Shown here piece after piece: positions 57,187 through 64,000 of a stretch of DNA of 64,000 nucleotides. The stretch lies in assembly GCA_963677595.1 (NCBI GenBank), contig OY782041.1, positions 224,001 through 288,000 on the forward strand. Reading direction: 5' to 3'. Numbering within the stretch: position 1 is the stretch's first letter; every line of letters begins with the position of its first letter. The notes under the pieces were generated by a model. The model was given only the letters and a program-made list of their open reading frames with translations. It was not told where the DNA came from and did no database searches. The DNA is from Spirochaetia bacterium. GTDB lineage: Bacteria > Spirochaetota > Spirochaetia > CAKZLE01. The translations under genes and the position numbers were made by a program.

Positions 57187-57686
57187 GGGATAACTTTCAC
57201 GATCTCTGAAAAGACCGGATCATCGTCCAGTCCCACGATGAAGGCCCCCTCCGGCTCCTCCAAGTCGGCAAACTGGCTTTTGAGCATATCAGGGGAGAAG
57301 AAGTGCCCAGACCTCTGGGAAATCATCCGGTGGATCGTATCGTAGGTCCCACGCAGGTAGACCAGGAGACAGGCTCCAGAGAGCCTTCCGGTAAGGGTCG
57401 TGCGGTAGGAGGCCTTCAAAGCAGAGCAAGCCAGGACGACCCCGTCCTGCTCATGCTCTTCGAGTATCTCAGCAAGACGTTCGAGCCAGGGCTGACGGTC
57501 CCGGTCATCCAGGGGGATCCCCTCCCGCATCTTCCTGATGTTCTCGGGTGGATGCACATCATCTGCATCAATGAACGGGATTCCTTTCTGTTTGGCAAGG
57601 AGCTTCCCGAAGGTGGACTTCCCCGACCCCGATACTCCCATGACGATATAGACCATATAGGATTCTACCATAACCAAAGCTTTCAC
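57183..57686 (-). CDS. Gluconokinase (GntK/IdnK type)
   Basis: 'MGVSGSGKST', 'DADDVHP..NI.KM..GIPLDDRDRQPWL', 'ACSALKASYR', 'SQFADLEEP'; start uncertain. Confidence 0.92.
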   Translation of the reverse strand: MKALVMVESYMVYIVMGVSGSGKSTFGKLLAKQKGIPFIDADDVHPPENIRKMREGIPLDDRDRQPWLERLAEILEEHEQDGVVLACSALKASYRTTLTGRLSGACLLVYLRGTYDTIHRMISQRSGHFFSPDMLKSQFADLEEPEGAFIVGLDDDPVFSEIVKVIP

Positions 57687-57797
57687 TGCTAATATAATCG
57701 ATAAAAAATCCTTTATTTAGCATATGCTACCTTGAATCATGTGATTATATAGTAAATAATGATAATCATTCTCAAAAAAAATAAAGGAGCCGCAATC

Positions 57798-59156
57798 ATG
57801 CGAAATGTTGACGTATTGATCATCGGAGGCGGAGCATCAGGCCTCCAGTCTGCCATCACCACCAAACAGACCTACCCCGACAAGGAAGTAGTCCTCGTCA
57901 GGAGAGAGGAGAAAGTCCTCATCCCCTGCGGGATCCCCTATATCTTCGGAACACTGGAGAGCAGCGACAAGAACATCCTGCCGGATGCCCTGCTCACGAA
58001 CCTGGGTGTCAGCATCGTCGTGGACACCCTGACCTCAATCAACAGGGAGGAGTATGAATGCACCTTCGAAAGCGGAGAGAAGATCTACTACAAGAAGCTC
58101 GTCCTCGCCCTCGGCTCAAAGCCCTCCAAACCGGGCTGGCTCAAGGGTGCTGATGCGAAGAACGTGTTCACCATCCCGAAGAACAAGGTCTATCTCGATG
58201 CCATGCTCGAGTCGATCTCCTCACTGAAGAAGATCGTCGTCGTCGGAGCAGGGTTCATCGGGGTCGAAGTCTCCGATGAGCTGAACAAGCGGGATTTCGA
58301 GGTGACCCTCATCGAACTCGAGGAGACCATCCTGAGCAAGGCATTCGACCCGGAGTTCGGGAAGATCGCTGAAGAACACCTCACCGAGCGCGGGGTGAAG
58401 ATCATCACCGGTAAGGGGATCACCGAGATCAACGAGGAAGATGGTATGGTGAAGAGCATCACTCTCTCCACCTGGGAGACCATCGAGGCTGACGCCGTCG
58501 TCCTCTCCATGGGCTATGTCCCCAATACCGATATCCTCAAGGATACCGGGATCGAGATGAACGGGCGAGGCTTCATCAAGACCTGTGAATACATGCGAGT
58601 GCTGCCCTGCAGCTCCGATATCGTGGCAGTCGGCGACTGTGCCGAGAAGCACGATTTCGTCACACGACAGGTAGACGGGACCATGCTGGCATCGACAGCC
58701 TGTGCCGAGGCCAGGATCGCGGCCATGAACCTCTACGGCCTGAGCCCCTGCAAGTCCTTCACCGGGACCATCGCCATCTACTCCACGGCGATCGGGGACC
58801 ATGCATTCGGTACAGCGGGCATCACCGAATCACGGGCTACCCAGGAAGGGTTCGATATCGTGAGTGCGAGCTTCACGGGAGTGGACACACATCCCGGCAA
58901 CCTTGCCCACACCCATAAGCAGACGGTCAAGCTGATCGTGGCAAATGACTGCGGGCTGATCCTCGGCGGGGAAGTCTATGGCGGTCACAGTATCGGGGAG
59001 CTGATCAATGCGATCGGGTTCCTCATCCAGAGCCGGGTCACGGTGAAGACGCTGGTGACCATGCAGATCGGGACACAGCCGCTCCTTACCGGGTCACCTG
59101 CCGGGTATCCGCTGATGAAGTGTGCTGAATTGTTGGTAAAAAAGATGAGAGGGTAA
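57798..59156 (+). CDS. FAD-dependent pyridine nucleotide-disulfide oxidoreductase (NADH oxidase-like)
   Basis: 'IIGGGASG', 'IPCGIPY', 'VGAGFIGVE', 'AVGDCA', 'GTQPLLT'. Confidence 0.9.
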   Translation: MRNVDVLIIGGGASGLQSAITTKQTYPDKEVVLVRREEKVLIPCGIPYIFGTLESSDKNILPDALLTNLGVSIVVDTLTSINREEYECTFESGEKIYYKKLVLALGSKPSKPGWLKGADAKNVFTIPKNKVYLDAMLESISSLKKIVVVGAGFIGVEVSDELNKRDFEVTLIELEETILSKAFDPEFGKIAEEHLTERGVKIITGKGITEINEEDGMVKSITLSTWETIEADAVVLSMGYVPNTDILKDTGIEMNGRGFIKTCEYMRVLPCSSDIVAVGDCAEKHDFVTRQVDGTMLASTACAEARIAAMNLYGLSPCKSFTGTIAIYSTAIGDHAFGTAGITESRATQEGFDIVSASFTGVDTHPGNLAHTHKQTVKLIVANDCGLILGGEVYGGHSIGELINAIGFLIQSRVTVKTLVTMQIGTQPLLTGSPAGYPLMKCAELLVKKMRG

Positions 59157-59213
59157 CTCCCTTATCTCCTTCTTTTAACTTCTATGCAGGATGACGTTGT
59201 CATCCTGCATTCT

Positions 59214-60104
59214 TTATGCCCTGATGTAGTTGTAGATCTGCTGGGAGAACTTCTCGAGCTGGCTCAAGCCGGTGATCGGCTTCCCGTAGGTGGAGATGAT
59301 CTCGATGACCGTATCCGGGAAAGCTTTCGCAACCTGGTCAGGCCAGGGGGAACCGGGCAGGCACTTGTTCAGCATGATCCGCTGCAGGCGTATGCCCGAC
59401 ACGGCAAGCTGCTCCCTGATCTCCACGGCCTCCTCGAGGTTCATGACGTCCTTATTGAGTACGAGGACGAACTCCGCAGCCACGGGGTCCTGGAGCTTCC
59501 TGTTCAATGTCTGGTACTGGGTCTGCATCTTCTGCAGGCGGGTGTATACCGGGTCTTCCAGGACGTAGCCCGTATCCATCCCCTTATGGGCAAGGTGTGC
59601 CTTCCGCGCCAGGATATCAGCCCGCTTCGCGAGCAGGGATTCGATCCAGTAGAGGGAGAGCCCGGGTAAAGTCAGGGCCTTGATCGTGAGGTGGGTCGAT
59701 AACGTGTCGATCGCTATATCATCGAAGGTGTCTGAGAGGAGTGCATCCTGCATGATCATCAGGGTGGACATCTCATCGAGGCCGGGCGAGAACTGCAGGA
59801 GATCATAGGCAGGTTCATCATGGGTCCCCCGCCTTCGGAATACCTTCTTCAGCTCCTTCTCCCTGCCGGTGAGGTACTCACGGCTGTACCTGGACACATC
59901 AGTCTGGGTCAGCGTCAGGTTCGAGGAGATCTTCCGGTTCTTCCTGCCAAGGACGACCTCGAAGATCTGGTCTAGTCCCTTATGCATATCCATCGAGTTC
60001 AGGAGCGTACGGCTCCCGTCGAGCGCTGACCGCATGGTATCCAATGCAGCGCAGGTAGTCTTTCCTGAGCCTTCCTTCCCAAGGTATACATGTAGTTTTG
60101 CCAT
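59214..60104 (-). CDS. ArsA/Get3-family ATPase (divergent motifs)
   Basis: 'GKEGSGKTT', 'SPGLDE', 'IDTLSTHLT', 'LNK'. Confidence 0.8.
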   Translation of the reverse strand: MAKLHVYLGKEGSGKTTCAALDTMRSALDGSRTLLNSMDMHKGLDQIFEVVLGRKNRKISSNLTLTQTDVSRYSREYLTGREKELKKVFRRRGTHDEPAYDLLQFSPGLDEMSTLMIMQDALLSDTFDDIAIDTLSTHLTIKALTLPGLSLYWIESLLAKRADILARKAHLAHKGMDTGYVLEDPVYTRLQKMQTQYQTLNRKLQDPVAAEFVLVLNKDVMNLEEAVEIREQLAVSGIRLQRIMLNKCLPGSPWPDQVAKAFPDTVIEIISTYGKPITGLSQLEKFSQQIYNYIRA

Positions 60105-60116
60105 AATCCCGCCTTG

Positions 60117-60395
60117 TTACGTGAGAGTCCTGTAGGGAATGCAGTCATCGAGTTTCGGGTTGTGCCCGATCATCTCGAACAGTTCCTCCTCCAGGTACGG
60201 AAGCAGTTCAAACGCTACCATACATGGAGGGCCGGGCAGGCCGAAGAAGGCACCGTAGACCTCAATGGTGAAAGCATGCTCCATCTCCGTGATCCTGCGG
60301 ACTGCCAGACGATCCATGAACCCAAGCTTCTTGTTCTGTTCCTGCAGGCCTTCACTGCCTGTCATGGGGTCTGTCACGTCTACAACCTCACACAC
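60117..60395 (-). CDS. Small ArsA-associated hypothetical protein
   Basis: 'YGAFFGLPGPP...FELLPYLEEEL' resembles small proteins of cstA-arsA loci (from recall); start uncertain. Confidence 0.55.
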   Translation of the reverse strand: MCEVVDVTDPMTGSEGLQEQNKKLGFMDRLAVRRITEMEHAFTIEVYGAFFGLPGPPCMVAFELLPYLEEELFEMIGHNPKLDDCIPYRTLT

Positions 60396-60549
60396 CAGTT
60401 AGTTTTTACTTTTAGTCGTCATACTTTCTGTTCGTAGCAGGGTATCTGATTTCGATTATAATAACATATAATAGGAAAAAAAGTTACTTAAATGTATAAG
60501 CATACAGGAAAAATCTTAGCGTTCTGTGAACTTTTTGCGGTGAATACCC

Positions 60550-61140
60550 TCACAAGACCTGCTGCAACTCACTCCGGATCAGGGTATCTGCCAGCTTGAG
60601 ATAGGATACGATCTCATCGGAGTCCTCCCTGAAGTCGTTCTGTATCCAGTTCGTGACGATGGCGATCATCCCGCCCTCCCCGAAGAGGTAGATCTTCTCG
60701 AGCCTTCCTGCATGAACCGGCCCGACCTTCCGCTTCCACTCTTCGAGAAACTGTTCCCGGGTAGACTGCAGGATCTTCTTCATGAGGTTCCCTCCCCCGT
60801 GACCGGAGAAGACCAGCCTGCTGAGCTCCTTGTTGTCGAGCAGGGCACCCAACAGGTCACGGCTCATGCTGTCTATATCATCAGGAGTGCTGATCGCCAG
60901 GGTGATGATCTTCATGAACCTATCCTCGATGGTGGACAACAGGTGCTCGGGCCCATAGTAATACCGGTAGAAGGTATTGCGGTTGATGTCAGCCTCCCGG
61001 CAGATCTCAGTAACCGTGATCTGCCCGATCTCCTTCTCCTGCAGCAGGGCAAGCAGGCTCTGGGCAAGCACCATCTTCGTATACCGGGTCCTCCGGTCCT
61101 CTTTCCCGTCAGGTTCGAATACTGCCTCAATATGCTTCAT
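60550..61140 (-). CDS. TetR/AcrR-family regulator
   Basis: 'DRRTRYTK', 'ITVTEICREADINRNTFYRYY'. Confidence 0.93.
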   Translation of the reverse strand: MKHIEAVFEPDGKEDRRTRYTKMVLAQSLLALLQEKEIGQITVTEICREADINRNTFYRYYYGPEHLLSTIEDRFMKIITLAISTPDDIDSMSRDLLGALLDNKELSRLVFSGHGGGNLMKKILQSTREQFLEEWKRKVGPVHAGRLEKIYLFGEGGMIAIVTNWIQNDFREDSDEIVSYLKLADTLIRSELQQVL

Positions 61141-61189
61141 AGGCACTCCTCCTTGATCAATGGCTGTTTGCAGCCATTCTGGATGTAAT

Positions 61190-61215
61190 CGAACAGAACA
61201 TACCTGACCTGTTCG
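61190..61215. promoter_or_regulatory. Candidate TetR operator
   Basis: CGAACAG-12 nt-CTGTTCG between divergent tetR and SDR genes. Confidence 0.55.
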
Positions 61216-61280
61216 GGAACAGACAGGCTACAGCCAAGTCCTCATTGTCCTGTCAGTCATGCTGTCTCTATTATATAGGT

Positions 61281-62315
61281 ATGTATAGAAACCAACAAGC
61301 TGTCGCTTTTCATGGCAACAGAAAGATCCTGGTCACCGGGGCATTCGGGAACCTCGGGGAGAAGACCCTTGCGGAGGCACTGCGGCGGGGGTATGAGGTG
61401 AGCGTCTTCGATCTCCCCACGGTGAGGAACAAGAAGAAGGCAGCAAGCCTAAAGGATGCGCAGGTCCATCTCTTTTGGGGGGACCTGCGTGAACCCGGGG
61501 TGATCGCAGAGGCAGTCAGGGGGCAGGATGCAGTCATCCACCTGGCAGCGGTGACCCCGCCGTTCAGTGAACGCAACCCAGACCTCTCCCGGGAGGTCAA
61601 TGTGGGTGGGACGGAGAGGCTCCTCGAAGCTATCGAGGGGTGCATGCCCCATCCGGCCCTGGTGTTCTCCTCCTCCATGAGCATCATGGGGGCAGATGCC
61701 GATCGCACCCCTCCCCTCCACGTCGATGATCTGTTGAGACCGAGCTCCTGCTACACGGAGCAGAAGATCGCGTGTGAACAGCTGATTAGGAAGTCGTCGA
61801 TCCCCTGGATCATCGAACGGTTCGGGGCCGTGATCAACACCGAGCTGTCTGCCGAGACCGGCTCCCTGAAGGACTTCATGTCGGAGGTCTTCTCGATGAA
61901 CCTTGATACCAGGATCGAGGCGATCTGGAATATCGATGCGGCAGCAGCTCTGCTCAATGCCGCTGACCTGCTCTGCCGGGAACCGGAGACAGCAGGCAGC
62001 AGGACCCTCTTCATCGGGGGCGGGGCATCAGGGGGCTGGCAGCTCACTGCGAGGGAGTTCTACACCGCGATCTTCGAGGCTGTCGGTTTCGGCATGCTCG
62101 ATGAACACAAGTTCAGTGACCAGCCCTACCCTGCAGACTGGCTCGACACCGAGGAAGGCCAGGAACTCCTCGGCTACCAGAAGCATTCGTTCGACCAGTT
62201 CATCTTGGCATTAAAAGAGCATATGGGCTTCAAGCGGCACATGGCCAGGCTCCTTAAGGTATTGATCAGGTACATCCTCGAACACCAGGCCAAGGCCAGG
62301 TCAGGATTGGAGTGA
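61281..62315 (+). CDS. NAD-dependent epimerase/dehydratase (extended SDR)
   Basis: 'LVTGAFGNLG', 'VIHLAA', 'VNVGGT', YxxxK 'YTEQK'. Confidence 0.88.
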   Translation: MYRNQQAVAFHGNRKILVTGAFGNLGEKTLAEALRRGYEVSVFDLPTVRNKKKAASLKDAQVHLFWGDLREPGVIAEAVRGQDAVIHLAAVTPPFSERNPDLSREVNVGGTERLLEAIEGCMPHPALVFSSSMSIMGADADRTPPLHVDDLLRPSSCYTEQKIACEQLIRKSSIPWIIERFGAVINTELSAETGSLKDFMSEVFSMNLDTRIEAIWNIDAAAALLNAADLLCREPETAGSRTLFIGGGASGGWQLTAREFYTAIFEAVGFGMLDEHKFSDQPYPADWLDTEEGQELLGYQKHSFDQFILALKEHMGFKRHMARLLKVLIRYILEHQAKARSGLE

Positions 62316-63008
62316 GAAGAGCTTTGCCAGGGCCTTCCGGTCCAGCTTCCCCCATGGGTTCTCCTCCACCTTGAACGGCGTGATGAACATCCAGTCATAG
62401 ACCGGGTTCAGCAGCTTCTTCACCAGCCGCCCTTTGACCCTCTGTTCGAGGACCAGACAGCCCAGCTCCATACGCTTGTTCAGGTGCGATAGGGCATCGA
62501 GTTGTATGACGGAATCCGTGAGGGTCGGGTACTCCCGGTTCTCCCAGCTGATGACCACGGAGAACGGCAGGTCCGTGACCTTCCGCGACACCTCGAAGCG
62601 CATCCCCGGATTGATCACATAGCATGTGTCAGTCTCAGCGAACAGCCTGCACCGCTCTGCGGCTGCCTGATCATAGGAAGAGGGGAACTCGTCGAGGAAT
62701 ATCCCGTCGATCCCGGGGTACCACGCGAACCAGTCCGCGAGCATGGACTTGACCTGCTCAGACGGGGTCTTCAGATACCCCACGGGCAGATAGCCGAGGA
62801 CCCGGATCCCGGAAGCCTTGAGGAGACCGATACCTCTCGTGTAATGCTCCTGCACCCCGGGCCCAGGCCCGTTGTACGGATTGATCACGGCCATGACCGG
62901 TATCGCTGGATGATCATGCCCGAGCTGTGCCAGGTGCTCCCAGTCAGTGGTCGGGCTCCCCCCAGGCTTGTGGTTGGGGTCTATATAGAGCGGTATGAAG
63001 ATTCCCAT
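62301..63008 (-). CDS. Spherulation-specific family 4 protein (GH135/Sph3-like)
   Basis: 'FIPLYIDP', 'AVINPYNGPG', 'VLGYL', 'IDGIFLDE', 'INPG'; real start is MGIFIP at 63008. Confidence 0.82.
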   Translation of the reverse strand: MGIFIPLYIDPNHKPGGSPTTDWEHLAQLGHDHPAIPVMAVINPYNGPGPGVQEHYTRGIGLLKASGIRVLGYLPVGYLKTPSEQVKSMLADWFAWYPGIDGIFLDEFPSSYDQAAAERCRLFAETDTCYVINPGMRFEVSRKVTDLPFSVVISWENREYPTLTDSVIQLDALSHLNKRMELGCLVLEQRVKGRLVKKLLNPVYDWMFITPFKVEENPWGKLDRKALAKLFSLQS

Positions 63009-63125
63009 ACCTAGAGTGTACCACAGGCAGGGCTGGTTTAGGTATGAAAAGTCCGGCACTGGACCTTGAATAATGGGTTCCAAACATTGTAATCTTGCAT
63101 ATCTTACGGTAAGGGGTGGAAATAG

Positions 63126-64000
63126 ATGAAGGTTGCCTGTTTTGGAGAATTGCTGTTTGACCATATCGAGGGAGTCTACTACCTGGGGGGAGCCCCCACG
63201 AACTTCGCGGGGCACTGCGCTAAACTGGGAGCCGAAGTCTACCTGTTCACCGCCATCGGGGATGACGATCTTGGGAGCCGAGGCCTGGCAGAAGCAAAGG
63301 CGCACGGGATCAGGGACCAGTTCATCACCGTCAACGACCATAAGACCGGGACGGTGGAAGTCACCCTCAAGGAGGGGATCCCCAGCTATGACATCGAGTT
63401 CAGTGCCTGGGACCATATCTCCTTCGATCCTGAGCAGCAAGAAGCCGTGAAAGCGATCGATTTCGACCTCTTCTACTTCGGGTCCCTTGCCCAGCGTACC
63501 GAGGACAACCGAGAGTTCCTCCACTCGCTCATACCACAGCTCTCCTTCAAGGAGGCCTTCCTCGATGTGAACCTCAGGCAGGAGTTCTACTCCGCCGCAG
63601 TCATCAGGGACTCCTTCACCTATGCGACCATCGTGAAGGTGAATGACGAGGAGCTGCCGGTCATCTCAAGACTGCTCTTCGATGAAGAGCTCGGGGCGGA
63701 GGATTTCTACCGACGGGCTGCCGGGCAGTACAACATCAGGACACTCATCCTCACCTGCGGCAAGGACGGGGCATACTACTATACTGCTGAGGACTCAGGG
63801 CATATACAGCCTAGTGACGTCAAGGTCGTCGATACCGTCGGTGCCGGGGACAGCTTCTCCGCCGGCTTCATGAGCGCGCTCTTCCAGACCGGGGATGTGA
63901 AGAAAGCCGTGATCTTCGCCACCTATCTGGCCGATTTCGTCGTCTCGAGCCAGGGAGCATTACCGGATTACCCGGCACGGATCGAAGAGAAGCTTGAGGA
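63126..64000 (+). CDS. PfkB-family carbohydrate kinase (fructokinase-like), runs off the window
   Basis: Hand translation MKVACFGELLFD...LGGAPTNFA...DVNLRQ...KVNDEE...VVDTVGAGDSFSAG; absent from the ORF track because no stop lies inside the window. Confidence 0.92.
   Translation, partial: MKVACFGELLFDHIEGVYYLGGAPTNFAGHCAKLGAEVYLFTAIGDDDLGSRGLAEAKAHGIRDQFITVNDHKTGTVEVTLKEGIPSYDIEFSAWDHISFDPEQQEAVKAIDFDLFYFGSLAQRTEDNREFLHSLIPQLSFKEAFLDVNLRQEFYSAAVIRDSFTYATIVKVNDEELPVISRLLFDEELGAEDFYRRAAGQYNIRTLILTCGKDGAYYYTAEDSGHIQPSDVKVVDTVGAGDSFSAGFMSALFQTGDVKKAVIFATYLADFVVSSQGALPDYPARIEEKLE

Noticed and set aside
63009-63524. N-terminal extension of the 407-aa ORF 62301..63524
   Set aside because: Overlaps the plus-strand PfkB kinase; the family match begins at MGIFIP (63008).
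1-64000. CRISPR array, cas genes, rRNA, prophage or integrase at tRNA-Phe
   Set aside because: No regularly spaced repeats, cas, rRNA or phage genes seen; no integrase or duplicated tRNA 3' end near 8154.

Overview
A GC-rich bacterial chromosome segment, most likely from a free-living spirochaete (inferred from the gltX-glyS-tyrS gene order and gene content). Most of it is housekeeping and transport: maltose-type ABC genes with a LacI regulator, tRNA-Phe, three aminoacyl-tRNA synthetases, pdxST-pdxR, a panB-panC-coaC-coaB-coaX-panD operon, a GntR/SPFH/LolDE-like operon and several redox enzymes. Three things stand out. (1) A complete 1,581-bp IS110-family element (2797-4377) splits a flavin-binding gene. 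Its ends, circle-junction sigma70 promoter and a bridge-RNA-like non-coding RNA with target and donor guide segments can all be read from the sequence. (2) A second, recombinase-less copy of that RNA lies 25 kb away (29791-29963, beside an Rpn nuclease gene). Its changes are concentrated in the target-binding arm and include compensatory pairs, so it looks like a naturally reprogrammed orphan guide. (3) A Moco/Tuco-type riboswitch (about 47778-47878) precedes a 'sugar-type' ABC importer plus a lipoprotein made of three Cys-less molybdopterin-binding-fold repeats, a candidate Mo/W-cofactor salvage system. All alignments and foldings were done by eye and no database searches were run.
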